Origin: Tubiluchus corallicola
Taxonomy: Eukaryota; Animalia; Priapulida
Assembly: GCA_030141605.1 (NCBI GenBank)
Contig: JAQGDQ010000929.1
Coordinates: 15,679-79,678 of the forward strand
Direction of reading: 5' to 3'
DNA length: 64,000 bases
The notes beneath the pieces were generated by a model. That model worked only from the letters and a program-made list of their open reading frames with translations. It had not been told where the DNA came from and searched no databases. Every line of letters starts with the position of its first letter. Positions within the stretch are counted from its first letter, which is position 1. Below, piece after piece: positions 39,950 to 51,345 of this stretch. The translations under genes and the position numbers were made by a program.

Positions 39950-40316
39950 ATTGTACATTGTAGTTAAGTGCTGCCATCTATGCACTAATCCTGTTACATT
40001 CTACCAGCTGACTTACCTTCAGTGTAATTGTATGGTCCAGTGACTACATACACACTGGTCCTCTCTCTATCTTAAATTAATGGTTGTTGTGAAGCCTGTG
40101 CAACTCTGCATAGGTCAAGTTTATTGTACATTGTAGTTAGGTGCTGCCATCTATGTGCTAGTCTTGTTACTTTCTACCAGCTGACTTACCTTCAGTATAA
40201 TTGTATGGTCCAGTGACTACATACACACTGGTCCTCTCCCTATCTAAAATTAATGGTTGTTGTGAAGCCTGTGCAACTCTGCATAGGTCAAGTTTATTGT
40301 ACATTGTAGTTAGGTG
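39950..40316. repeat. ~177-bp tandem duplication
   Basis: ATTGTACATTGTAGTTA at ~39950, ~40123 and ~40296. Confidence 0.88.
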
Positions 40317-40564
40317 TAAAATCTATTCAGGAAACGTGTTTTGAATTAGATGAAATTAAACATGATTAGTGAGCAGATACGTGTATCATACATAGTTTGT
40401 TGTGCATCATTTACTTGCACCTACATGTAGTATTTGCAGAATTTTTCGCCATTGTAAATACTTTGCGAACAGTAGGTTTCAGTGTAGTAAATGGTCTCGC
40501 TGATTTTATTAGCAATTGACTGTGGTGTTATGAAAGTAATTCTTAGTGTCTTTAATTGCAGGTT

Positions 40565-41300
40565 TTGCGAGTGTGATCAGTGAGACGTAACGGAAGCAAG
40601 TATTACTCATTGAGATAGAGCACTTTGAAAAACTCTGCTCTTCACTCTCAGGGATTTCTGACACTGATGTTAGACTAGGATGTCTAATGCACCTGTGTTG
40701 CAGTGTCCATTCTGCCAGTGTGATCAGTGAGACGTAACGGAAGCAAGTATTACTTATTGAGATAGAGCACTTTGAAAAACTCTGCTCTTCACTCTCAGGG
40801 ATTTCTGACACTGATGTTAGACTAGGATGTCTAATGCACCTGTGTTGCAGTGTCCATTCTGCCAGTGTGATCAGTGAGACATAACGGAAGCAAGTATTAC
40901 TCATTGAGATAGAGCACTTTGAAAAACTCTGCTCTTCACACTCAAGGATTTCTGACACTGATGTTAGACTAGGATTTCTAATGCACCTGTGTTGCAGTGT
41001 CCATTCTGCCAGTGTGATCAGTGAGACGTAACGGAAGCAAGTATTACTCATTGAGATAGAGCACTTTGAAAAACTCTGCTCTTCACTCTCAGGGATTTCT
41101 GACACTGATATTAGACTGGGATGTCTAATACACCTGTATTGCAGTGTCCATTCTGCCAGTGTGATCAGTGAGACTTAACGGAAGCAAGTATTACTCATTG
41201 AGATAGAGCACTTTGAAAAAACTCTGCTCTTCACACTCAAGGATTTCTAACACTGGTATTACACTGGGATGTCTAATGCACCTGTGTTGCAGAGTCCATT
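40565..41300. repeat. 147-bp tandem repeat, 5 copies
   Basis: GTGTGATCAG at 40571, 40718, 40865, 41012 and 41159. Confidence 0.95.
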
Positions 41301-41374
41301 GATCGTCATGGTGACGGCACATTGTTGTCCGATCGCAGCTGTTTCCGATGTAATGAAGAAGCTTTAAGAGTCGG

Positions 41375-41935
41375 TTCCACGGCCAAGTTACTTTGAAAAC
41401 ACAGGTTCTCGTCTGATCACCGAAGTTAAGCAACGTAGAGCCTGGTTAGTACTTGGATGGGTGACTGCCGAGGAATACCAGGTGCTGCTGGCTTGCGGGA
41501 TGCCCACACTGTATCTCGACACTAGGCGGAGGAGCTGCACAAGCAGCCAACGGCTAGAGGGCGGAGGAGGTCAACTGACCCAATGGCCGTGTGTAGAGGA
41601 GTAAACCTTCCAAATCGGGAGTGGAGTCCCAAAGGCGGACCAGTGCAGCATGCTCACTGACTCCGGCAGCTCCTGCAACCAACCTGGTGCCAAACGTATC
41701 GCTCCGCTTTCCTTTGGACTACACCAGGGAGGAAGAGAGGGGTTCCTGTTGTCTGGGCAACTCAGGATGTCCATACACCTTGCCCAGGCGTGCGCCCTAG
41801 AGAGGCCACTCCAGTGGTTCAAGGATCGCACTGCTCAGCCACAGTCGACGCTGCAGCTCCATGAATGTGATCAATAACTGACTCTCTTAGCGCACACTCT
41901 ATTGTCTTCCGAGACAGAAGGATGACAACAACAGC
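41375..41935 (+). mobile_element. 5S rRNA-derived SINE (SINE3) with RTE-like body and tail
   Basis: ~120-nt 5S-like head (41375-41494; GATCACCGAAGTTAAGC, AGTACTTGGATGGG) with no T4 terminator; GC-rich body; 3' hairpin TGTCTTCCGAGACA; ACA tail; TSD AAGAGTCGG at 41366-41374 and 41936-41944. Confidence 0.88.
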
Positions 41936-42496
41936 AAGAGTCGGCAGCAAGCATTCTCTAAACTGTATGTGATGAAACCAAGGGACATAAAAAACTGAAG
42001 TGTGGTGTAAAAAGCTGCGTGGGTACAGTAAGTGCATGAGATTGCTGCTGTTGTGAAAATAGCAGTTGTCTTTTCAAAAACGCACAAGTATAAACTTGTA
42101 GATATTGGTCAAATCCTGGCAGCACAGATTTGTGACCAGCTGATCGTGTTGAGTGAAAAATTGCAAGTGTTCATTTTTGCATTTTATAACTTGAATCAAC
42201 ATGTTGAAATGAGGAACTAATGTCGTGTATAAAATTAAACAAATTTCAGCTGTTGTATTTCCACTTGTTTGAGATGTTCTGCCTTCGTAATGTGTGAAAT
42301 TGTCACATTTTGTGAACTGGATATCAAATATGCATGTAGTTATTTACTTCAGTGGAAAATTACTTATAAAATAAAATATTTTCTGGGCTGACAACCAGGC
42401 ATATTTTCAGAGTAATGACTTTCGTGATTAATAGTGCATCTTCATTTTAAACATTTATACAACTTGCATACATTACTAATATGAAGAAATTCATTA

Positions 42497-42768
42497 GTAA
42501 TAATAATAATAATAATAATCTTTATTTAAAGTCGGCTTTTGGATCAACAATTAACATTAGCTCAAAGAGCTATTATCGCCGACTGTAAATAACAACCTAC
42601 AACTACATAACAGAGACTATTATTATCCTACTTTTACCGTAAATATCACGCGTCAGGCAGGGCAACAGCAGATACCATTTTTAAAGTGTTTGGTATTACC
42701 CGGCTGCTGGTTCGAACTCACGACCTCCCAGACGGAAAGCATTACCACTAGACTAAACTGTCTGGTCC
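42497..42768 (-). mobile_element. tRNA-derived SINE with LINE-type 3' stem-loop and (TTA)n tail
   Basis: B box GTTCGAACC near 42710; core resembling the Meta domain (recalled from memory, unverified); AGTCGGC/GCCGACT stem; AATAAA followed by (TTA)n. Confidence 0.65.
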
Positions 42769-43831
42769 TTCGAGGTCAAAAATTAAGCTCTGAATATTAA
42801 GATGGCAAGGACACCTAAGATTACTAAATGAAACACCATTAAGAATCGCCTTAAAGGAATCATTAAAACCTTGCAAACAACAGCAGACTTAGATAGCTAA
42901 GATAAAGATATTCAATAACTTCAGGAGCAGAAAAACTTATGCCGTTAGCTGCGGATACGAGTGGGTGGAATACTCTTAATGTCTACAACAGATGGAATAA
43001 CTACGCAAACGTAAATCAGGGGAACAAAAGGTTATGTTAAATTATGTACCAAAAAACCTTCAGTGTAAATCTATGTTACTTAGCATTTCGCGATTATGTA
43101 ACCAGAAATAATTTAAATGTTTGTGCCAATTGGTAAAATGTCGCTGACTCACCTTCCAGGGTGCGCCACTCACTAATCAATGTTTATTTTTATTAACAAA
43201 ATGCAGTGAATTAATCACTTGTTTAGTTAGTGACTTGTGCGCTAAGAATGCTCTGATTATTTTTTCAAACTTTACTTAATGTTACCAAAAGTTGTTTCAA
43301 ACGACCTACCATTAAAATGGCTGCGCCTAACGGTCATCGCGGGAGTTTAAATTTACACGTTTTATACAGCGTTACTGTCGATGCAAGACCTGCACACAAA
43401 AAGGTAGTGTATAAGTGGTATAAAATTTCAAGACAAATTTTTAGAGGTTTGCGTAAGTAGAAGGTTTTCTTGTGCTTTAAGCTTTATTTTGCCACAGGCA
43501 GAGTAAGTTGTTAGTGTGTGAATGTCAGGGGTTAATAAACAATTGCAGTTTATTCCACAACTAAGTGTTGGTTTTATGCTTCTAAAATTCATTAATAGTT
43601 GACAAATATAGCAACTACAAATTGTATCGTGTATTTAAATAATTATTAAAAAATTTTTAATAACAACAAATAGTTAAATAACAGTATGAAATTAATAGAT
43701 CTGTTCCAGGTCTCAGACAAACAAATGTTTTTGCATTCATGTAGAAGAATAAGCGTCCTGTAATTACGCTTATCCTATTCCTGAGCTAGTAATAACGCAA
43801 TGCATTGGAACAGAACTTAATGCATTGTTAA

Positions 43832-44291
43832 CCCTTTCATACCTGTTGTATCCCATGGGATACGAGAATATTTTCTGCCTTTAAAATTAATAAAATTTTA
43901 AAACTGACAGTTATTTGATCTGTTAATAGTTATTTTGATTTAAGCCAATAACAATAGACTAAAATAGTGATAAAATGGCAAACTAGAAAATCTACATAAC
44001 ATAAAAAACTGCGCAAGGTACAGTACTTTAGAGACGACTTTGTACAGATCAGCATAGCATGCATGCTAAATGTCTGAAATACTTTAAAAAATTATCAGCA
44101 GTAGCAAAATGAAGCACATTTTATGCTACCATTGAATCTCAATGTATCCTGTGGGATTCACGCTATATTTAGCACGCGGGCACAGGTAGAAAAAAATATT
44201 TGTAAACAAGCTGGATATACTAAACAAAAGTACCAAGCCAAAAAAGCCAAAAAATTTTTTCTTATTAAAAAATAATTTGGGACTGAAAGGG
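43832..44291. mobile_element. piggyBac-type MITE (460 bp)
   Basis: TTAA|CCCTTTCA...TGAAAGGG|TTAA. Confidence 0.8.
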
Positions 44292-44486
44292 TTAAGATGT
44301 AATTTAAGGTTTTTAGCTGATCTGTAACAATCATACTTTCTTATTTTTTGATGACGAAAGTTTATAGCGAAACCATTCTATTCCAGCGTTATCAGTAACT
44401 CAAGGTAATTAGGAGTTGCAGTTTGGAATGTTCTGTCTCTCTACTGTGTTGCTCTTTTCAGATAGTTTGATTCTTTCATTCCGGGT

Positions 44487-46247
44487 TTACTCTGTATTCT
44501 GTTGGTCTGGCGTGAGATCAATGACTGGCATTGTTCTCACATCGCTGTTATGATTGCTTCCTTCGATGTAGAAACTTGGATAGTTAAGCCACGGAACTGC
44601 AGCAAAAGCGTGCAGGTCTCTTGGATAAAATTTGGCTTTCCAGTTTTCATCCGGGTGCTTATCATACATGATCGGTAGGTACTCGTCAACAGGTGTGAGT
44701 TTTTCTAGCGGTTTTCCGTTCAACAGTTTTGTTGCACCGCGAAGCGTTACGGCATATGATGCGGTCCAGTAAGTATAACCTGGTCTCACCAGCAATTTTG
44801 AACCTTCCACTAGAGTAACATCAACTGGAGGATCATTGACATATTTTCCGGCAAGGTAAATCAGATCCCAATCTACCTTCTCCGCGTCGGTCATAACCGC
44901 TTTCAATTTCTGTCTGTAGTTACTTACGAATAGTACATCGTCTTCGAATACAAGTACTTTCTCATAGCCTTTGTTCACAATTTCCATCCAGACGCCATGA
45001 TGAGACATCGCGCATCCTATTTCCCCCAGATTTATCGGTCGTTTTGCGAAACGATCTTTGTACGCTTCAAGCACTTTCACCCCAGCTTTGTCTAGCCACG
45101 TTGCATTTAATTCAAATCCGTCTACTGCTTCAAAGATATCGGCTTTCACTCCGATTATGTCCAAGTATGTCAGCATGCGTTCTTTTCTGTTTGTCCGCCT
45201 CCGCAAATTTATTACGAACACTCTGTCGAAACCCAGCATGTCCTTTTCTTTAGTTTGTGGTGATACGAACATTGACTTTGTCAACTTTTTGTTGTACCTC
45301 TTCTTTGTCATGTTGTAATGAAACTCGTGGGGCGAATACGATTCCATTGCATTTAGTTTTAGATTTGCAAGTGCCTGAACTTCATCCTCTAGTGTCTGGA
45401 TGTCAGCTACTGGCATAGTAAGAACACCAAACTCTTTGTGATTGCAAACAAACATTTCTATTTGAGCAGTTTGTGCAGATTTAGCAAACGCAAGGACGTC
45501 GTTAAACGAGCTGTTGTAGTCATGGACCTTTTCGTCTTCAAACGTCAATGTTTTTGAGTCGTCGTGACGAAGATCAACGAGAAAAGTCGAATGGACAATT
45601 GGAACCTGAAAACAACCGAGTTTCTGCTTCTGCCGGATGGATAAATACTCTGAAGCTTCGGAGTAACTATTCAGGTCTTTGGAACACCAGAAGTTTGAAT
45701 AAAAGCCTTGCGATTCCATCAGAGGAGCAACAATGGTTTTCTGCATGTCCATTAGTATCTGCAATGTGTTTCTGTTTTCTACAAAGTTATCACTGTCCAC
45801 GAAAAATATATAATCCGCTTTCATACCTCGTGCAACGGCTAAAGCTTCTTCGCGGATTTTGGAAATGTGTCGACCTCTCGACTCCCGCCAAGACGACGTT
45901 CTTTTCTCCTCTGGAATAGTTTGTGGCTCGTCAACAGATCGGAAGTCAGCCGAGTGGTAACTGGTTCCAACGTTATCCAACCATTCCTCCAAGATTCCAG
46001 ATGTATTGTCTACATTATGATCAGTCCTTACCCACAATGCAATTCTGCTCTTGGGATAGTTTAACTCATCAATGTAGCCTAGGTAGTGAGGCAATGTATG
46101 GGCTTTGTTATGTGCGAGGATTGGCAGCAGCACTAATGGAAATTTGTTGTCGTCTATGCTGTTAGCACTTTCTTTGAAATACTTTCCTGCAACAGCTGCT
46201 ATAATATAAAGAACAATGCTTGCAGATGTTAGTCTTTCACCTTCCAT
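44487..46247 (-). CDS. COLGALT: Procollagen galactosyltransferase-like protein (GT25; COLGALT/CERCAM family), intronless CDS, 586 aa
   Basis: N-terminal hydrophobic leader; ILAHNKAHTLPHYLG, LNYPKSRI, TDHNVDNT, FFVDSDN, YSNFW, GCFQVPIVHSTFLVDL, VINLRRRTNR, GEIGCAMSH, FEDD, DWDLIYL, YTYWT, PVDEYLPIMYDKHP; likely 5' UTR intron 46568-46346. Confidence 0.93.
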   Translation of the reverse strand: MEGERLTSASIVLYIIAAVAGKYFKESANSIDDNKFPLVLLPILAHNKAHTLPHYLGYIDELNYPKSRIALWVRTDHNVDNTSGILEEWLDNVGTSYHSADFRSVDEPQTIPEEKRTSSWRESRGRHISKIREEALAVARGMKADYIFFVDSDNFVENRNTLQILMDMQKTIVAPLMESQGFYSNFWCSKDLNSYSEASEYLSIRQKQKLGCFQVPIVHSTFLVDLRHDDSKTLTFEDEKVHDYNSSFNDVLAFAKSAQTAQIEMFVCNHKEFGVLTMPVADIQTLEDEVQALANLKLNAMESYSPHEFHYNMTKKRYNKKLTKSMFVSPQTKEKDMLGFDRVFVINLRRRTNRKERMLTYLDIIGVKADIFEAVDGFELNATWLDKAGVKVLEAYKDRFAKRPINLGEIGCAMSHHGVWMEIVNKGYEKVLVFEDDVLFVSNYRQKLKAVMTDAEKVDWDLIYLAGKYVNDPPVDVTLVEGSKLLVRPGYTYWTASYAVTLRGATKLLNGKPLEKLTPVDEYLPIMYDKHPDENWKAKFYPRDLHAFAAVPWLNYPSFYIEGSNHNSDVRTMPVIDLTPDQQNTE

Positions 46248-46387
46248 TTTTCTTGCTGTGTTTACTGTTTGTAGTTTCTTATTTCCTTTGCTGTTTATAA
46301 TAAGCCATCTTCAAAGGCAAGCCAACACAACGGCTTTTACACGTCCTACAAAAAACACAATTTATTTAAGAAGTTAAGTAAGCTATA

Positions 46388-46402
46388 TGAAAAACATGAA
46401 AA

Positions 46403-46456
<54 letters not shown>
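46388..46456. repeat. (CT)n microsatellite
   Basis: Read directly (run begins ~46403). Confidence 0.85.
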
Positions 46457-46879
46457 TTCTGCGAAATAGAAACATTTATCCTTTTGTAGAAAAATGTTAA
46501 AAATTAATTCAGATGATGGTGATCATCATAATAATGATGACGATTATAAAATTCTTAGGTTTACTCACATTTTATGGGACAACGTAATCCACATAGAATG
46601 CCCTAGCCAGCACAGCATTGTGCACAAACACGCAGTTCATAGCTGACCTAAGAACCATACGCCTAGCTTTCATTCACTGGCCCATATTTAACTACAGAGA
46701 AAAGATAATCCCTGCACTTCGTTCCTTGCTTCGTATAAGATAAAGCAAACAGAGTGAAGTCATGAGTGAAATTTGACCAACTGACTGAAATTAGGCTAGC
46801 GTAAAAAACGACAAAATGTGCAGTGAAATCAAAAGTTTTACTTTCTCCCAGTTTTAGAACCAATGAAACTCTTCCTCAG

Positions 46880-47034
46880 TAATTATCGTTTAAAAATTAT
46901 AGAATATACATTGGCAACTTTCAAGCATTTCAATCGAAAAATAAATTTGTTTTAGTAATAATTATCGTTTAAAAATTATAGAATATACATTGGCAACTTT
47001 CAAGCATTTCAGTCGAAAAATAAATTTGTTTTAG
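46880..47034. repeat. ~78-bp tandem duplication
   Basis: TAATTATCGTTTAAAAATTATAGAATATACATTGGC occurs twice. Confidence 0.88.
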
Positions 47035-47595
47035 GGCTCCTAATCTACCATACATTTAATTCAATAAACGAAGTCACTAAGATTGTACAGGCGCACGTGT
47101 TGACATGAAATCACTGTGAGCAAAATTATTTCGACGTTTTTGATCTGACCTTGACATTTGACTTCTGAACCAAGAAGCATTTGGTTTCCAGGTTTTTCTG
47201 AGGCCCATTCCTACGCCAAGTTTGGTGCTTATAGCTTCATCTGCAAACAGACAGACCTGGCTAGTGTTCAAGCTACTGTTATGTGGATAATAACTAGATT
47301 TTTTTGAGATTGTAAACTAGTATAAAATATCATGACCTTATTACAGTGTTGGTATTCTTATGTTATTCGAAATGGTGTGATTATTTCAAATATATTTACA
47401 TGCATAAAACTTTATTATAGTTTCTTAATTTTTCGTAAAAATTACAAAAATCTCGATTTTGTCAAATTCGTCAGTAGGCATCAGCGTTGCTTTGATTTTT
47501 TCGGATTATAAGACCAACTTTTTTATTATTTTTTACATAATAATAAGTTAGTAAGTCAATGAATGTTTTGTTTTGAATTTGCTGCAAACACATTT

Positions 47596-47597
<2 letters not shown>

Positions 47598-47640
<43 letters not shown>
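47598..47640. repeat. (TA)n microsatellite
   Basis: Read directly. Confidence 0.9.
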
Positions 47641-47643
<3 letters not shown>

Positions 47644-48063
47644 GAATAATGCATCAATGACAAAATTCATGACTAAAGTGAAATTATTAATCATTTAAAC
47701 GGAAGACATAAATTGAATTTGAAGAACTTTGAAGTTTTTTTCAGCATTGTTTTATTTCTTGATACACAGATTCTAGTGGAAATTTGTAGGGCAGAATTGC
47801 CACAAACTATTGCGCAAATGAATAATAATTATATGTTGTAATGATAATAGACAATTAAACAAATACAAGATGCAAAGACAATTAAGTCAGCGGTTATGAT
47901 GGCACATCATCAGGTCTCGGTACAAACCACCACCAAGCTAAGTCATTTTATTAGAACTGAAGAGTTGGTACCCTTCATTCAGTAGCAGGACCAGCTCGGT
48001 AAGGTTGTTGCAGCAACACCGGAACCCGTCTCAGTAATTGTTAATAGTGAAGTTTTTAATGAT

Positions 48064-48507
48064 AACCTAGCCACTGGGGGGGGGGGGGGGGAGCAAGCCA
48101 GCACAAGCCCGGATAAATAGGGAGGGTTAGGGTCAGGAAGGGCATCCGCCTGTAAAAACTGCGCCAAAACCTTCTATGAATGAGTCGGTGAGACTTAAAG
48201 GGAAAGTCCACAAAGATAGTGGTCAGACCCGCTCTAATCTATAGAAAATGGGTGTGGTGGAGATGAGGATGTTGAGATGAATGGTAATCACAAGAAGAGA
48301 TAAAATTAGAAATAATAATATCAGAGGAAGAGTAAAAGTAGTGGAAGTCTCGCAAGATTGCGATGGTATGGGCATCTGAAAAGAAGAGTCGGTGAAGATC
48401 TTGTGGGAATTGAAGACATAAATGAAGAGATGGTCAACAACAGGAATGCGTGGAGAAGACTCATTCACAACGGCGACCCCGAATACGGAAAAGCTGGGAA
48501 GAAGAAA
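48064..48507 (+). mobile_element. Non-autonomous bipartite RTE-derived retroposon, copy 1
   Basis: RTE 5' UTR motif CAAGCCCGGATAAAT...GGAAGGGCATCCG; C-terminal RTE remnants VVEMRMLR, RRDKIRN, LRWYGHL; (GAA)n tail; TSD TGAAGTTTTTAATGAT at 48048-48063 and 48508-48523. Confidence 0.88.
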
Positions 48508-49137
48508 TGAAGTTTTTAATGATCTTTTAAGATGAGACGGGACACTGAGTACGTGCAGCCTATCTCGGATGTTCCTCCCTCAGTGTTGCTGCAAAACTTT
48601 GAAGAATGAGTATTAATTTTGTCGAACCAGTTCAGACATTCACCGTGGCTAAAGTATGAGGAACTTCTGCAAGTGAGGCACAAGCCAAAAAAAAGTATTT
48701 CGGTACACAAATATAGTACCTATGGCAAAAGATAAGAGTGGCCTAACCTGTTCGGCAACTGACTAGCTGCCTAAAAATGATTACCAATTTTTCTTTATTT
48801 TGTTGACATACTAGTTATATCCAGACAACGTGAGGAGGTTTCTGTTGACCAGGATTATTAAATATTAATCAACACCATTACACTATGGGAGCTCACTGCT
48901 TTTCACTAGCAGCTAAGTGTAACGTATGCAGGGTGTTAAATACTGCTTATACTTCAATTTGTATCTTTTAAAGTTACATGAAAAATATCTTGAAAATTTA
49001 CTTCAATGACTTTTGCATAAACACATTAACAGGCCGCATTAATGGCCTTTTGGGTCAACAAGGCTAATCTCAGACGCAACCACCCCCTAACTCAGGTAAA
49101 TCGCTTCAAAAGTATTATTATTAGTCTTCAACAATAA

Positions 49138-49561
49138 AGGTGAGCATCGAACGTTCGAATCAAATTCGAACGCTCGAATTCGATTCGAACGTGTTTTTTT
49201 AATTCGAACGAACTTGATTCGAATCCAAAACTATAGATTCAAATAATTCAGCACTTCAATCACGCATGTTCTTTATCACTAAAACGATTGAAACATCATG
49301 CAATTAGCATAATTTGGCTGTGATTTCTGTACACAATTTTAAACAAATTAGTAGTCGTTTTATTGCAGAACATCTAGTGATCTGCATCATCTTTGTAAGA
49401 CTAATTTTAGCTGGTGGTTTGAAAACTTGTTCGAAAATCTTTCGATCTCAATTCGAATTCAGTTCGAATTCGAAACACTGAAATTAGGTCCAATTCAAAT
49501 TCGAAAGTCACAAATTCGGTTCAATTCGAATTCCCCTTTTGGTAGAGAATGCTCACCCCTA
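49138..49561. mobile_element. MITE with TTCGAA-rich subterminal repeats (hAT-like)
   Basis: Ends GGTGAGCAT...ATGCTCACC; clusters of TTCGAA near both ends; no clear TSD. Confidence 0.65.
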
Positions 49562-50651
49562 GGTTGAAACAGGCGACCCTTACCTCAAACAAGGGGCTTA
49601 AAACAAAGGCCATTTATCTCAAATAAAAAGCATCAAACCAGGGTCTTTTTTTCAAGATACAGGCCACTTTTTAAATTGGGGTTTCACTCTCTCGGGGGTC
49701 TTTTTCTAAAGATAAAATTTTATTTTAAGTTACAGATAAGACCGCTAGTAATACAAATTGCTATAGATCCTCCAAAACGCTTTTGTTTTTTCAAATATCA
49801 ATCATTGGAATGTTCTTAGATCATTTTGATTCACCTCTGGCTTTCATAAATTCATCTTATTCCAAAAGTTATTCATATCGATTAACATTCATTTAAATTT
49901 TATACTAGGTCTAGAAAAATATACTAATATTATTTTCTAATGATGAAGTAATGATGTCCTGTTTTACTTTGAGCCAAGCCACCAAAAACTAAATTCTGTA
50001 AATGAAAAATATATAAGGGCAGTGTTTATAGGACTCCTATAGTTCTGTAGTTGTACACTGCCCTCACACATTTTCTTCTATAAAAAATAGTTTCATTAGT
50101 GGCAAATTTTTATTCTATCACGTGTGAAATAAATACGTCTTATATCTTAATAACTCTAATGTGTTGGGCCAGGTAGTCTGGTAGAGGCTCATCTCCGTTA
50201 ATATCCTTCAAGACTGTACATTGTTAATGGCTTATGCACAGAATCTGTTATAGTATGATTACATCCTGTTTTATAGCAGTTGCTTATCTTTACAGATATA
50301 TCATTGCCTTCCGACCAAAGTGCAGCTCGGAATATTTTATATGATTTACGATAGATGGCGATACATAAGTGAATCACTGGCGTGTTTTCGTTGAAAAACG
50401 ATGCGGGAATTTTATAAATCCAAGATTCGTTTACCTTTTTATAAGCTTTTTATAACAACAGAAGTAACTAACTTAGTGAAACAACAGTGTTTAACGTATA
50501 AAGAAAGAGGTGAGCCTATTTGGTTAATTGCAGCAATAGGTTATGTAAATTACATTTTTTTAAATAGAAACTAGACTAGAGTAGAGGTGTCTATACTATA
50601 GAAATGTATGTGAAAACCAAAATGCCTAGACTCTCGGTTGTCTGTAATTTG

Positions 50652-51345
50652 GGCGCTATTACACTTTCGCACCTCCTGGTTTTTTCTAGGTTATTACTCG
50701 TTTCTAGGCTCGTTGGTCATTATTCTATTATTCTCACGTCATCAGTGAATGTTTCCGCTAATCTCGTGGTAATTTACTCATATATTTAGTGTATAATTAC
50801 CAATAATTACGTTGTATTCACAGTTCTACACTATACAGTTCGTATCAAAACCTTTACTTTTATAATTTAATAATACTACAGTAATAAATAAAATTAATGA
50901 TAAATAACTGTAGTCGTCTAAAATAATTTCCTCGTATATGCCAGCTTGGGTCTGACTATACAGTGAAGAAGAAACGAAAAATTTTACATTAATATTTTTG
51001 AAGTAGCGAGGGAACACTGTAATACGATACAAACTCCCGTGGCTGCAACCGTAATAATCATAAATTATGCAAAGAAACTAAAAATACAGGTTAAGGGCCA
51101 CATACGTCACTGTGCGAGAGCGACTGCGCATGAGTGGTGTAAACACAGTTATTCACGTGGAGCTTGTTGCGTGTTGGTGACGGTAAGTAATATATGACTT
51201 TAATCTGGAATTGTAAGGTCTAAAAACCAATAATATTATGGGAATATGGTGTATATTACGCCTGTTGGTCTGCTTTCTGGCCTGCAGGCATGAAAACAAA
51301 CAATAGGCCAGAAAAAACTAGGAGGTGCGAAAGTGTAATAGCGCC
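50652..51345. mobile_element. Merlin-like MITE (694 bp)
   Basis: ~36-bp TIR GGCGCTATTACACTTTCGCACCTCCT(G/A)GTTTTTTCT; perfect 8-bp TSD GTAATTTG at 50644-50651 and 51346-51353; GG termini. Confidence 0.85.

Larger units (their letters stand above)
38300..42380 (+). ncRNA. Putative spliced non-coding (or decayed) transcript
   Basis: CCAAT (~38240) and TGCGCA motifs; donor at 38402; small exons 38859-38923 and 39815-39866 with strong splice sites; acceptor ttgcag| at 40561; AATAAA ~42370; no long spliced ORF. Confidence 0.42.

Noticed and set aside
40509-41105. 198-aa repetitive protein
   Set aside because: Consequence of a 147-bp unit (a multiple of 3); non-ATG start and no recognisable domain
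41375-41494. Functional 5S rRNA gene
   Set aside because: Diverged ends, no T-run terminator, and embedded in a TSD-flanked element
45044-46165. Plus-strand ORFs overlapping the COLGALT-like CDS
   Set aside because: Antisense shadow frames with no independent support
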